DNA of 64,000 nucleotides from Eledone cirrhosa (lineage: Eukaryota). The DNA lies in NCBI GenBank assembly GCA_964016885.1, contig OZ024751.1, positions 39,060,001 through 39,124,000 of the forward strand, given 5' to 3'. The notes under the pieces were generated by a model, which ran no database searches, had not been told where the DNA came from, and worked only from the letters and a program-made list of their open reading frames with translations. Position numbers and translations under genes: made by a program. Positions 1 to 16,839 of this stretch are shown here, in pieces; position 1 is the first letter of the stretch, and each line of letters starts with the position of its first letter.

Positions 1-145
<145 letters not shown>

Positions 146-278
146 TGGGGAGAGAGAGACAGGGAGACACAGAGATGCATCTCGTCTAAAGCACTTCTGT
201 GAAATCAAATTTATAAGTTAAATTCACCCTCCTATATAGATAAATATATATAGATATATATAGATATATATAGATATG

Positions 279-1005
279 TTTCTTTTATTTGCCACTAGGG
301 CATCAAAAGTGGGACAAGTACAAAGGGGGGAGTTTACACAAAAAGGCGTCCTCAATAAGGAGGAGGCAATAACAAAATATAAAAATAAAATAAGATATAA
401 CAAAAAATAAAATTTTTAACAAAATCCTCAATAGAGAGGAGGCGCCTTGGGGGGTCGCACACACCCCCGAAAAAAGTGTGCAACCCTTCTCCTCGGGAGC
501 ACAGAGAAGGGGTGCTCCCTTGGTCTTTCATCTTCCTCACCTATAGTCTGATGTAGAGTGAAGGCCCATTCACACGGGCCATTCTCGCCACTTTCACCCA
601 TCTTTCATAGAAACGGCTGGGGTGCAGCACCTCTCTCTCCATCCTGATCCTTCTTCCGAAATGATATCGGAAGAAACGGACCAGTTGTTGGCCAGAGAGA
701 AAGGTGCCTGACCTCAGTCCTTTCAGACGCGTCCACCATACAACCTCTTTCGCCATGGCTATTACGCACAGAAACACCGCCTCTGCTTCATCTTTGAAGG
801 GGGGAGGCGGCTTGATCATTACAATAGACTCGGTGGTCAACCGGATCGGTCCCACCCTTGACAGCAGTTGTTCGACATAGCCCCACAGATCGGCTACGCC
901 CGAGCAGTGTACCAATGCGTGTGCAACGGTTTCCTCGTCGCACACGCATCTGGGACAGATCTTTTTGGCGGGGTCCCTACCCGGGCGCCCGTGTCTGTAG
1001 AGCCT
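279..1005 (-). mobile_element. 5'-truncated Tx1/L1-clade non-LTR retrotransposon (ORF2 C-terminus plus 3' UTR)
   Basis: GC-rich block. Minus frame reads LYRHG...ICPRCVCDEETVAHALVHC...LW, the C-x2-C...ET-x2-H-x4-C zf-RVT motif of L1/Tx1 ORF2, stopping at 541. The 3' UTR ends with AATAAA (plus-strand tttatt 284-289). Both ends abut TAGATATATA repeats. Confidence 0.85.
541..1003 (-). pseudogene. LINE ORF2 C-terminal fragment (zf-RVT domain), no RT or endonuclease domain present
   Basis: ORF 541..1026. The first ~8 codons are microsatellite flank; the rest is uninterrupted Tx1-like sequence. Confidence 0.8.
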
Positions 1006-2052
1006 TAGATAGATATATATAGTCACACATAATATCTATTTAGAACTAACTGTAACAAATATCAAGTATTTGTATTAGCTGTAGTTTAAGTGCGTACATT
1101 TATCTATAAGAAACTGTGTTACGGACTAATTCAACTTCCATACGTTTAAAAGGAGAGGTGTGGTGTTTCCTTGAAATTACCGCTTCATCTTCAGAAAAAC
1201 CTTGAAGAATGGTTTATAGACAAAATGGGATAAGAGGCCTTTAAATTTCATAAATACTACCTCATAGAAAATTATACGTTTTATGACGTTGATTGCTGTT
1301 TTTCTTTTCTAAGATTGTCATTGAAGTTTAAATGTAATTAGAAAACTATTGAGATGTCGCTGTATTAGTAGTATCATAAAATTCTGAGATAGTAAAACCT
1401 AAGATCAAAATGGCTGACCAATATCGTGAATCTCGTGTAGATTCATTTTTATATATATTTTATATATGTTGTTTATATTATGTTTATTTTAGATTATTTT
1501 TGTTGTTGTTGTATAGATGTATTGCCTTGTCTAACTTCAATTTCCTTTCCATCAAAATAGAGTAAATACCACTCAATACAAACAATTTCATCGTGTCTTA
1601 CTAATAAAAGCCATTTTTATTTGATTAAAAATAACCATAAGGAATATAAATACGGCAAAAACATTGTAAATAATAAAATAGTAAAATAGAAAAAAAAGCA
1701 GGCCGCAAAAAGAGAAATGAAAGAGAAAGAGAAAGTGAAGAAGAAGTAAGAGAAGAAGGTAATAGTTTGTGTCTATCATTAGTGAACGAAGACACTTATA
1801 TAGCAATCCACATGTCTCCCTCGACGCAACAAAACCAAAAGAAGCAAAATACAGCGAACAATATAATACAACATTGGAGAATATATACACTAAGAAAGGA
1901 GGAAAATGATATACATACATTCATAAATACACATATATATATATGCATACATATATATACATACATATATACATAATGCATACTTACCTTGATGCATATA
2001 TATATATATATATGTGTGTGTGTGTATGAAGTTATGTATGTATACTTATATA

Positions 2053-2083
<31 letters not shown>

Positions 2084-2135
2084 GTATATGTATATGTTTT
2101 TATATATATACTTATACATATACATATATAAAAAC

Positions 2136-2214
<79 letters not shown>

Positions 2215-2687
2215 CGTGTATGTGTGTGTGCATGTGTGTACGAGAAGAGAGTAGTGAAAACGAACAAGTGTTTGATTTAAAAGGTGTAAGAGTGGCAAGA
2301 GAAATACAGGTAATAAAAATAAGCTCGACAGAGTAGAACGAAGTAAAAAGAGGAAAAAAATAACTGCTAGAAATTTTCGCCATTATTTATAGTGCAGGAA
2401 AGGGAGAGAAGAAAGGAAAATGTAAAACAATAACATAGTATAACATAACGGTATTTTCAGACGTACAAGAGTTCATGGCATTAAAACAAAGGGAATCAAA
2501 CTGAAATGGGCACTGAGTTGGAAAGATAAGAAAATCTTTGAAAAATAACCTAATACACGTATATATAGATACTTATATACTTATATACATAAGTACATAT
2601 CTACTTACATACAGTTGTGCATACATACTTACACACACACATATATACGTATATATGTATCTAACTATATATGTATATATATATACA

Positions 2688-2735
<48 letters not shown>

Positions 2736-3284
2736 ATATATGTATATATAAATGAACATATTACACAAATAAATTATAAATTCACATACACACGCACGCA
2801 CACGCCACACAATTATATATATGTATGTATCTATATATCTATATGTATATATATATATATATATCGATAGAGAGAGAGGGGTGAGAGGGGAGAGAGATAG
2901 ACAAAATGTGGAAGAGAAAGATACATGCAAAGAGGGATAGATATAAATTTATGTATCTATTTAAATAAATGTCTGTGCTCATATTTTTTCTTGTTCAGGC
3001 AATCATACAATTTTTATTTATATATATTATATATAAAACAAACAGACATACGCTCATACATAGATAACTTCATGCACTGACGCCTGTGCGTGCCTGTCTA
3101 TGTGGGTATTGATATATAATATATATGTGCATGTATATATTTATGCATAAATATATACATATGTGTGAGTGTGAGTGTGTGGGTATGCGGATGTATGCAT
3201 ATATGCATGTTTGTATAGTGACATATATATCTGGGGAATGAGTTTATATTATGCGAAAGAATGTACAATTATATGAACACACAC

Positions 3285-3401
<117 letters not shown>

Positions 3402-3414
3402 GTGATATATATTT

Positions 3415-3457
<43 letters not shown>

Positions 3458-3831
3458 AATATATATCACATAAATTCTATAAGGGTGCACAGCCACACAA
3501 GGTACATTCGCGTATACACAAATTATACACACGAAATCTCTCTAATGATATATATATAACTATCACAGAATACGTATATATAAGCATGCGTATAAAATAT
3601 ATCACACACAGACAAACATATATATATATATATACATACATGAAGACTATATATCAGACTGGTTGTATACATATTATAAATCTTCGTAGATTGTTCTTGT
3701 GCCAGACATCACTATTTTACACAATTATTTTTTTACACTTCCTATAAATATATACACGCATATATATATACATAAGTATATACAGATACATACTCACGAA
3801 CACACATGCACACACACACTCACACACACAA

Positions 3832-3920
<89 letters not shown>

Positions 3921-4799
3921 TCAACTCGAATGTAAACAAACTTAAACCAAACACATGGACATTCCTGAACTCAACGTAAAAGAATCAATCATGACACTAC
4001 AATTAACCCTTCACTACAAACTGCATTCCACCTTTTAAAGCCTTACCACATCCCAGCTATATCAACAAAAAGCAGAATGCTCCATATACTGCTATTGCGG
4101 TGACAGTCGTCATCAGACTACAACCGTCATAATACGTAGTGTGTATATATACGTATTTTCATGTACATATGCATACATATATACATACATAGATATATAC
4201 ATACATACGCATTTATATAGTCTATATTTAATAACTATAATATCTGACTTAACACTGTTTACTGCGATTTATCATTATATATATATATATATATATATAA
4301 AGATAGATAGATATAGATATATACATATATATACATATACATAAATATACAGACATATATATATATATATACATATATATACATAAATATATAAATATAT
4401 GTACATGTTTATATATATATATATATATATACATGTATATATACATGTATAAATGAGCGTACGAGGGCCCTTTACAAATTTATATAATAGGTAGTAAGGA
4501 CGGTCAAAATTACATTCTAACACGTTCAGACAGAAGGCATGTGAAGCGATAGATATAGTAAATATAAATAACATAGATAATAAGATAGATGAGCGTGTAT
4601 GGAGAGAAGAGAAATAATAAATATCGACCGATGATTGTATATCGAACAATAATAATTGTAGGGTTTAACGTGTCAAAGTCGTGTTGAAGAGCGTGATTTA
4701 AACTTCGAGATTTAAGTAGAATACATACTGATACATTGGCAAATCTGGCAGGAGTAGATGTAGGTCTAAGAATTTCTCGTTAATATTGGTTTCTGTCTG

Positions 4800-4905
4800 T
4801 GTATGTCTTGTGTCTTGTGTCTTGTGTCAGTGTATGTGTCTTGTATGTGTCTTGTGTATGTGTCTTGTGTATGTGTCTTGTGTGTGTCTTGTGTTTGTCT
4901 TGTAT
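4800..4905. repeat. Degenerate 11-bp minisatellite (TGTATGTGTCT)n
   Basis: Tandem tgtatgtgtct / tgtgtct units read directly. Confidence 0.7.
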
Positions 4906-5512
4906 GTGTTTATATGTGCATTTATATGTGTATCTGTATGTATGTATGTGTGAGTTGGTTTCTGTCTGTGGCTTGTCTTGTGTATGTGTATGTGTGTTTA
5001 TATGTGTGTTTATATGTGTATCTGTGTATGTATGTGGGAGTTGGAGTGTGTCCCTTTGTGTGTTTATATGTGTGTAGTGATATGTGTATCTGTGTATGTA
5101 TGTGTGAGTGTGTGTGTATGCATGTGTGTCTGTGTATGTAAGCTTGTATGTGTTTATATGTGTATCTGTTTAAGTATGTGTGAGTTCGCGTGTATGTGTG
5201 TGTATGTATGTGCTTGTATGTGTTTGTGTCCTTGTGTAGAGAGAGAGAATGTACATGTGTGTAAAAGAGAGAGAGAGAATGTGAGGCAGAGAGAGAGAGA
5301 GAGAGAGGGGGAGAGAATGCTTCGGTAACCTCATGCAAATTGAAGGCATATATATCACTGAGTATTTATTACAATTGGCTCTTTTGTGGAGAGTTGAGTC
5401 GGCCATCTTGGTTGACTGAACTGATTAAAAACAGGAGGCAGACAGACGCTCTCGTTGTATAGCTAACTGGATTGTTAGTGGCTGATGGCGAGGCTGGGCA
5501 GGGAATAAGTAG

Positions 5513-5820
5513 ATGTTGATGGTGATGATGATCATGATAATCATGATGATGATGATGATAATGGTGTTGATGATAATAATGATGATGAGGAGGAGGAGGG
5601 GGATGATGAGGTGGTGGAGGAGGGTGTCGTCAAGAAGAAGAAGAAGAAGAAGAAGAAGAAGAAGAAGAAGAAGAAGAAGAAGAAGAAGAAGAGGATGAGG
5701 ATGATGGTGATGGTGATGGTGGAGGATGTCATCAAGAAGAAGAAGAACAACAACAACCAGAACAACAACAACAACAACAACAACAACTAATGAGCAACGA
5801 AGACAACAACAACAATAACA
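5513..5820. repeat. Compound trinucleotide microsatellite (GAT)n/(GAG)n/(AAG)n/(AAC)n
   Basis: Read directly. Confidence 0.9.
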
Positions 5821-6136
5821 AAAATATCAATAATATAATAATGTTCGCTGATTTAGATACAAGGGCCAACTTGGGTGGGAGTCAAATCTAACCTCGGCGG
5901 GATTTGACCTCAGAAAGTAAAGGGATGTAACTATAAGCCGGAAAGCATCTTCTCCGATGCTTTACCAATTTCAAGGATTCGTTCATAGAATAATGAAATA
6001 TATTAAATGAAATATTGTGAAAGAATAGAGTTGAATTATCTCTGGTTTGTTGGATCGTTGATTGAAAACCACTTTGGATAAATATCTGATCTTTTGTCAA
6101 CCTCACCGATCTGGTCTATCAGTTAACCTTTTGTTC

Positions 6137-6238
<102 letters not shown>

Positions 6239-6239
6239 C

Positions 6240-6288
<49 letters not shown>

Positions 6289-6323
6289 CATATATATTTA
6301 TATATATATATATATATACATAT

Positions 6324-6480
6324 AACGAAGGAAATGTGGTAAGGAACCAGGTGGACCATAACGCACCAGAGTACTCAATACTTGAGGTAGTAGAGTGGGT
6401 AATAGGAACCAGTAAGACCCCGACAGAATTAGCCGTCGAAACGGCTTGAGCTCAGCTGTCGGGGTCTTACTGGTTCCTAT
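6324..6480 (-). mobile_element. Family-A hairpin+tail element (putative Penelope-like terminus), internally deleted copy
   Basis: ~80-bp tail aacgaaggaaatgtggtaaggaaccaggtggaccataacgcacc...gagtgggta shared with the copies at 18226, 28424 and 61480. Perfect 25-bp arms at 6402-6426 and 6456-6480. Flanked by (TA)n. Confidence 0.75.
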
Positions 6481-6518
6481 ATATACATATATATAGATAT
6501 ATACATATATATATATAC

Positions 6519-6582
<64 letters not shown>

Positions 6583-6621
6583 ATATATATACATATACAT
6601 ACATATATATTTATATATACA

Positions 6622-6717
<96 letters not shown>

Positions 6718-6828
6718 CATATATATTTATGCATATATATAGATATATACATATATATATATATACATCTATATATATATATATATATACATACATATAT
6801 ATTTATATATACATATATATATACAGAC

Positions 6829-6925
<97 letters not shown>

Positions 6926-7182
6926 GTTTGGGAGGGTCATGTTGCCATTAAACGAAATATATATATGTTCAGAAACGAAATATATGTATATATATATACA
7001 GATACATGCATATATATATATATACATATATATATGTATATGTATGTATGTATGTGTATACATACATACGTACATATACTTAGTTAACTTACTTCTCATT
7101 CAAAGTTATTTCCTCGTAGAAACTTTAACCTCTGCAATGAAATCATAAGAATCACTCTCTCACTCTCTTCTCCTTATCTCAC

Positions 7183-7269
<87 letters not shown>

Positions 7270-7935
7270 CTCTCACTCACTCACTCTCTCTCTCTCTACC
7301 TCTATCTCTCCTTCTCTCGCTCTCTCTCTCAATATTACTCTGTTCCTACTGTTCCTACTATTTGTGGGTCTATGTGTGTCTGTGCGTGTGTGTTTCTTTG
7401 TGTTTGTGGGTCTGTGTGTGCCTGCGTGTATGTGTGTGTGTGTGTGTGAGTGTGTCTGTGTATGTTTCTTCGTGTTTGTGGTTCTGTGTGTACATGTGTG
7501 TGTGTGTGTGTCTGTGTGTGTTTCTTTGTGTTTGTGAGTCTGTGTGTGTTTCTTTGTGTCTGCGTGTGTATGTCTGTGCGTGTTTCTTTGTGTCTGCGTG
7601 TGTGTGTGTCTATGTGTGTTTCTTTGTGTCTGCGTGTGTGTCTATGTGTGTTTCTTTGTGTCTGTGTGTGTGTGTGCCTGTGTGTGTGTGTTTCTTTGTG
7701 AAAAGAATCTCTGAATAATATATGAATAAGTAGATGTCACCAAACTTTCCTCCAACATCCACAAGTGCTGCCAACTTATGCATGTCTTCGTACTATATAA
7801 TATAGAATATATATCACTTAAACGGTTATTAAATGTTAAGAGATCACAACTTAAACAAAATATCCAACTGTATTTCATGCAGATAAGACTTCAGCAGGGA
7901 ACATTCTGGTTCCTTCTGCTTTCTTGTCAACGAAT

Positions 7936-8165
7936 TTAATTTATGTTCATAAATAAACTGCTGTAATGCCTAGGAATATCCTCTGCTTCAATAGGATCTC
8001 CTGGTGAGATCCTTTCCGTATTTATAAATCCGGATCTTACTTCATCTTCATTCTCAGGTAAATTTGAACTATGAATTATGTAATGTTGTAAGGTCGTGAT
8101 AGATTTAGGCTCAATACCGGAGGACAAAGTCTTATTGGCGCGGCGGCGCAGTTTTCTTCTGGATA
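7936..8165 (-). CDS. Possible terminal coding exon of an unidentified host gene
   Basis: Non-repetitive open frame SRRKLRRRANKTLSSGIEPKS...HYSSLFMNIN* preceded by ctgttatcag as a possible acceptor. No recognisable domain. Confidence 0.2.
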
Positions 8166-8238
8166 CTGATAACAGGTTATAGAGATTGGAGATTTATTGT
8201 TTTCACTTTCATAGCCATCATGGCATTTAATATATGTA

Positions 8239-8289
<51 letters not shown>

Positions 8290-8332
8290 ATACTTGGGGA
8301 GGGTCATAATGTTGTAATAATATTGCTAGAAA

Positions 8333-8510
8333 TAATTGTTTATACTTTTGGCACAAGGCCTGCAATTACGCAGGGCATTACTGGTACTTTATTTTATCGA
8401 CCCCGTAAGGATGAAATGCAAAGTTAACCTCGGCGGGATTTGAACTCAGAATGGCAAGGGCTGTAACTCTATGCGTCCGACCCTCTATCGATACTGTCAA
8501 TCCACCACCC
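8333..8510 (-). mobile_element. tRNA-derived SINE, family 1, with 18-bp TSD
   Basis: Matches the family consensus (A-box-like tggcagtatcgg, B box gagttcaaatccc, core gcctttcatccttacggggtcgataaaataaagtaccag). TSD aatattgctagaaataat at 8319-8336 and 8511-8528. Confidence 0.9.
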
Positions 8511-8940
8511 AATATTGCTAGAAATAATAACAGAACACACTCTCTGTTTGGTTGGTTTTCGCTTTTGTATCTTTTATATCTCCATAGTTAATTTATTTGG
8601 CAATCAACGTTTATCAGTGATTGACCAACGGTTGAAAATACTGATATAAATATATATATATATACATTTGTGTGTGTGTACGAGGGTATATCAGAAAATT
8701 TCATATGCTGAGTAAAATACTCTCATGAAATGACGAAATGGGCTATATTATTCAAAATTAGTCTGTGGGAAGGCACAACGCAGATATTAAGAAGAGTTGT
8801 AAGTAGTGCATTCTAGATTTCATAGCTCTAACATTAATCTTTCATAGTCAGACGATGAACGATAAAGCCTACCTTCGTCTACACATATGCAAATATACAT
8901 ACATACATACGTGTGTATATACATATACACACGTATGTAT

Positions 8941-9826
<886 letters not shown>

Positions 9827-10358
9827 TGAACATTGAATGCATTTGCCTAAAGAGAAGCACTCGTCTACATGATTGGATGCAAACGAAGTCGAGGGTTTTA
9901 CATGAGAATGAGTTTCTCCTAGAGATATATCTTAATGAAAGCTAGGAGTTTCTCGCTCCACAAGAAACAACATACATATATACATACATACATACCTTCA
10001 TACACACTCACACACTCACACACATACATATATACATACATGCACACACATACATCCATAAATACATAATAAATACATAGATACATAGATACATATGTAC
10101 ATACATTCATACACACTCACACACATACATGCATATATTTATACATACATAGATACATACATAGATACATACATACATACATACATACATACATACATAC
10201 ATACATACATACATGCACACACATAGGTACATAAATACATAATGCATACATACATAGATACATAGATACATATGTACATACATTCATATACACTCACACA
10301 CATACATGCATACATTTATACATACATACATACATACATACATACATACATACATACA

Positions 10359-10647
10359 TGGTGACTGCCAACTCGTTTTCGAGTACGGCCACTACTTTAT
10401 ATCCATGTAGGAGAACCCCTACCGATGCGCTGAACGAGTGTGGCTTTTTAGTCCAGCCAGCGACTTGAAAACTCTGGTACAAACACTACACTTGTGACAA
10501 TTATTGACACATAGTACTGGGCCCATGGTTCCATGTGACGACAAGTGCAGATAGATCTCCAGATATAAAGCAATGCCTGTGCCGTGAAGCTTTTATAGTG
10601 AGCAAAGGCACTGCACAAAGCCAGTCCCACTCTCTTAACCAAGATGA

Positions 10648-10654
<7 letters not shown>
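10359..10654 (-). mobile_element. 5'-truncated copy of the RTE-type non-autonomous element
   Basis: Reverse complement of ~58129-58424. Carries the C2H2 remnant CSVCTRVFKSLAGLKSHTRSAHR* and lies within (ATGT)n. Confidence 0.85.
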
Positions 10655-10679
<25 letters not shown>

Positions 10680-11159
10680 AAAATACATACATACATACAT
10701 AAATATATACATACAAACATACATATATACATACATGCACACACATACGTACATCAATACATAATACATACATACATAGATACATAGATACACATATACA
10801 TACATAGATACATAGATACCTACATACATAGGTACATACAAACGTTCCAAAGACTGCTGATGTATCCATTCTTCCAAATATGTAATTCGTTCTCACCAGT
10901 TTATGTGACTCTGTGTTCATTACGTTATTTCCAGACGGAATCTGGTTCTATATGTACATGGCACAACCAAATATATATATCATTTCCTCTTCCTTACAGA
11001 TAGAGACATACAAACAAATATTTATTCGCGTGTGTGTTTGTGTGGTATTGTGCGTTATGTCTTCATTATATGTGCGTGTTACTCCTTCTCTCTTACTCTC
11101 TATGTCTCCGTCATTCTTTCTCTATCTCTCTCTCTCTCACTCTCTCTCTCTCTCTCTTT

Positions 11160-11580
<421 letters not shown>

Positions 11581-11752
11581 GTTAAATGTATGTACATAAG
11601 CATGCCTCAGCAAGTCTGACTGTTACCATCTTGCCAGAAACTTCAGGAACCAAAGTATTACAGTAAACTTCACACAACAATGACCACTCTCCCTCATTAC
11701 TTGAAGCAGTGTCTACCACACATTTCATTACATTTCCTTCGTCTCTCTACTC

Positions 11753-11812
11753 TTGTTGCTGTTGCTGTGCTGCTGTTGCTGCTATTGTTGCTGCTGTTGT
11801 TGTTGCTGCAGT

Positions 11813-11844
<32 letters not shown>

Positions 11845-11895
11845 CTGCTTCTGTTGTTGTTGTTTTTGTTGTTGTTGTTGTTGTTGCTGCTGTCG

Positions 11896-11951
<56 letters not shown>

Positions 11952-12190
11952 GCTGTTTTTGTTTTTGTTGCTGTCGTTGTTACTGCTCGTGTTGCTGTTT
12001 TTGTTGGTGTTGTTATTGTTGTTGTTAGCGTTCTTGTATTGTGTTGGTGTTGTTTGTATTGCTGTTGTTGCTACTGTTGTTGCTGCTGCTGCTGCTGCTG
12101 CTGTTGTTATTGCTGCTCTTTTTGTTGGTTTTGTTTTTGTTGTGGTTGTTGGTGCTTGTTGTTGTTGTTGTTATTGCTGCTGCTGTTGTC
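11753..12190. repeat. (GTT/GCT)n trinucleotide tract
   Basis: Read directly; source of the poly-L/V/C pseudo-ORFs. Confidence 0.9.
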
Positions 12191-13369
12191 CCTTAAGATT
12201 TTGCTTTAAGAATGTAAAAATAAAAAAACATGTCCTCTATAAGAATCAATACCGACCAATGTGAACGAAAGAATGGAACGGAATGGAACTCCGTCGGTTT
12301 CGAAGATGAGTGTACCACTTGTTCGAACAACGTATCTTCCCACTCATGAAATTAACTTATCTTTACATAGATTCTGGGAACGACCCCTTGATTTAAGAAT
12401 TAAGTAGCGAAAGCCATCATAAATTGGTCAATCTGTATCCTCAGCTACATTACCATTGATCGCTGCTGTTTTACTAAAATATCATAAACAAACAGGCTAC
12501 AGAGACATCAGCTAGTTGAGCTGAGTTGATGGTAGACGTCTGGGGAAGTTGTAGTTCAGAAGTACACGGGAAGGCAGGTGGCTTAGTGGCGAGCGTGTTA
12601 GCTGCCTTTCCAATTCAGCTCTGGATACGCCTAGCGCCCCTCTCGTAGTAAATTCTATAGCTCTTGTTCAGTTATTGGGGTCTATATAATTTAAAACACC
12701 ATATGTACGATAATTATCTAGTTGTATTGTAAACAACATTAGTCATGCAGGATCGTCATTTATATGTGTGATAATAAATGAGATGTATTTGGTTTCCTTA
12801 AATTATTTCAAATTCAAAATATCTCCTAGGGAGTACATCAGTTCATTGGATTGACCTCGATAAATGACTTCTATTCATCTAATCAACGTCAGGTGAAAGG
12901 CAAAACAAACGGTCCTCGTGTGATTTGTGATGAGAACCTGGTTGTAGCCGGTATTGGCATTAAAAATATTCAGTAATGTTTGCAAATTTAATTCATATTC
13001 CAATGCCGTTGGGAGACAGGAGTTTGATGGGTTGAGAAACCCCCTAACTAATTAATTAAATTAACTAGGCCATTCATTGCAGTGACCTACATTTCTCACC
13101 AGAAGTAATACAACAGAGATAAAATGCTTTGCTATCTTATACTTGCATCGCTTCACCTCTTTCTGAGATCAAATCTCGCAGTGGAAAAGTTTGTGTTTCT
13201 TTCTACAACCAATAGGCAACTACATATGCATCTATAAACGCTTCCGCTCACATACACGACTGACGTCTGATAAACAATTATCCACATATTGGTAATTAAT
13301 AAGAAGCTAATAATAGACTGGAACTTTGCAATCATTCTCAGATAAGTTTCCGTATCCACAATTCTTTAT

Positions 13370-13787
13370 ATTCTGACTGTTTACGTTCTGACTTCTTGAG
13401 TAGCAGACCTATTTCCTCCACCGGTTTCACACCATAACCGATCCCTGAATGACTATAGTAGAGTTAACATGGTTGCAACAACATTAACCACGTCTCCGCT
13501 TTGTCCTCATTCTGACTGTTTACGTTCTGACTTCTTGAGTAGCAGACCTATTTCCTCCACCGGTTTCACACCATAACCGATCCCTGAATGACTATAGTAG
13601 AGTTAACATGGTTGCAACAACATTAACCACGTCTCCGCTTTGTCCTCATTCTGACTGTTTACGTTCTGACTTCTTGAGTAGCAGACCTATTTCCTCCACC
13701 GGTTTCACACCATAACCGATCCCTGAATGACTATAGTAGAGTTAACATGGTTGCAACAACATTAACCACGTCTCCGCTTTGTCCTCA
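13370..13787. repeat. Perfect 139-bp tandem triplication
   Basis: Unit attctgactgtttacg...ccgctttgtcctc starts at 13370, 13509 and 13648. No differences seen between copies. Confidence 0.95.
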
Positions 13788-14393
13788 GACTGGACCATGG
13801 AAAGGATGTTTCCATTGGCATTTCCATTGCTGATACTAAATGATGGTTGAAATTTCTAGATAAAGGTAACGAACTGGCAGTCATTAAAGTATCGGATTAA
13901 ATACCTGGTTATTTTTTTCTTCCGGTCATCGCATTCTGAATTCGATTTCAGTTGAGGTCAAATTAAATTTTCATTCGTTGATGAATATTAAAAAAAGTAT
14001 CAGTGAAGGGTCGATGATATGGTAGAATTGTGTCGGTATTTGATCCAGCTGTTGTATTCTGGGTTCAAACCGCACCACCTTCACCCTTCTACAAATATTT
14101 AATGAAAAAAACAAAACATAGAATATAATATAAATGACAAAATGTAGGGAAAAGAGTAAAATCTCAATTACCTGTATGTCTGAATTTATTGGTAATGGGG
14201 CTAATGGTGCGGAGAGAAGGTGCGGTATATTTATTATTTTAGATATATCATTTCTGAAAGATCCCTACTGTTTATATATCACACTTTATGCTTGAAACAC
14301 AGTAAACAACGATATCATATTGCACAGCTTTTCCCACTAAATATTTGGTGATAGTTTTTTTATTTGCATATGTACGTTTTTTTTGTTGTTGTT

Positions 14394-14450
<57 letters not shown>

Positions 14451-15011
14451 CTATATGAATGTATGTGCGTGGGTATGTATATATATACTTATCACAAATA
14501 TATTGTCATCTGCACCACATTTCAATTACAAGAGAGCGAGCGGGGAGAGATAGAGAAAGAGAAAGAGAGAGGGAGACAGAAAGAAAGAGAGAGATGGGGG
14601 GTGGGGAGATACAGAGGGAGACAGAGAGGGGGGGGAGAAAGAGAGAGAGAGAGAGAGAAAGAGGGAAGAGGCTTCTTGCTGGGCAAGCTGTTTTCATTTT
14701 TGTCAGTTAAGAGTCAAAGTTACTTCACCTACTCGAAATCTTCCCCCACCGAACTCAACTCAACTCTCTCCCATCATAACAATCAAGTATGACAGGTGCT
14801 AATGAAACATACTATCTTAATGTCAAACGAAGATGATCTTAGGTGTTTTTCATTACACACACACATACACACACACACACACACATAAACACACACACAT
14901 AAGCACACGCACTCACACACACACACATAAACACACATATATATGCGTATATATATATATATTATTATATATATATAAATATATAGATAGATATGCATAT
15001 ATATGTATATG

Positions 15012-15054
<43 letters not shown>

Positions 15055-15567
15055 TTACATTTATATGTGCATATATATGTACATATATATATATCGTTAT
15101 ACTTGGGGAGTATATATATATATATATGTGTGTGTCTCTCTGTGTGTGTGTGTCTGTGTGTGTGTGTCTCTCTCTCTCTCTCTGTGTGTGTATGTGTGTG
15201 TGTGTGGGGGGGGGGGGGTTTCTGTCTCTGTGTGTTTGTGTCTGTGCATGTGTTTATGGGTGAATGTATATGTTTATGTGTGAGGGAGGGCTTGGGTAAC
15301 CAGTGGCTCAATGAGTAAGTAATATAAGCACTGCTGTCTCTATTTGGCAAATATTTCAATGTTACACCAGTCTGTTTACCCTGAAAATTTCCATGTATAA
15401 TTTTACACGACGTCTTCTCCAAGTGACGACCTGGTCGTATATTTAGAGTAACACAAAAATCTTCCTACGTGTCATTAGTTGTCAAAAACATTTCACTCTT
15501 CTATTTAACTTGCTATTTATTATTTACGTGTCTAGTTAGTTAGCAAGCCACCGCCACCATCTAGTCA

Positions 15568-15615
<48 letters not shown>

Positions 15616-15725
15616 ATATATTTATATATACGTATATATATATAAATATATATATATCATTTTACTTATATACCTGTCTAATTGTTTATTTCTCCCCCCC
15701 CCCTCTCTCTCTCTCTTTCTCCCTC

Positions 15726-15765
<40 letters not shown>

Positions 15766-15987
15766 CATACATATATACAGATATATATATAGAGTAGCTT
15801 GCATATATATATATTTAAATTACATTATATATATATGTGTGTGTGTGTGTTTGTTTGTGTTTGTGTGTGTGTATGTGTGTGTGTATAAATACTTCTCGAA
15901 GCTTACTTAATAAAAAATATTATATATAAACACCTCCTTCTGAACCACACACAATCACACTCTCTCACTCACCTATACACACACACA

Positions 15988-16067
<80 letters not shown>

Positions 16068-16449
16068 ACAGCAAGAATCACACATAGACACTCTAGCCAC
16101 ATACTTTTTATATGTGACACCTATTGTTTCTTTCTCGATATAACTATATGTATTTATATATAACTATGTGACTATATGTGAACGTATGGCAGCTTGTATG
16201 CATGTGTGGATGTGTGTACGTTCACATGTGTGTATTAATGTTTACGTATGTGTACGCCTATGATTGGTTTTGCTTTTGGCCCAAGGTCAGCAATTTGAAG
16301 GAGAGAGGAAAGTCGTTTAAATCGACACCAGTGCGTTACTGGTACATTATTTTATTGACCGCGGTTGTGGTAATAGTAGTAGTAATTATTTGTTGACGAT
16401 GCTGTTATGTTAATAGTCACTGCGTTGTTGAAGCACTAACTCTTGATAC

Positions 16450-16839
<390 letters not shown>

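Noticed and set aside
8678-8730. Mariner-like TIR tacgagggtatatcagaaaatt
   Set aside because: No partner TIR or transposase remnant identified.
13338-13430. Minus-strand peptide ...KSERKQSEYKELWIRKLI resembling a GIY-YIG C-terminus
   Set aside because: Too short, with an upstream stop and no other conserved motifs.
13370-13787. CRISPR-like array
   Set aside because: Units are contiguous and identical with no spacers, and the context is eukaryotic.
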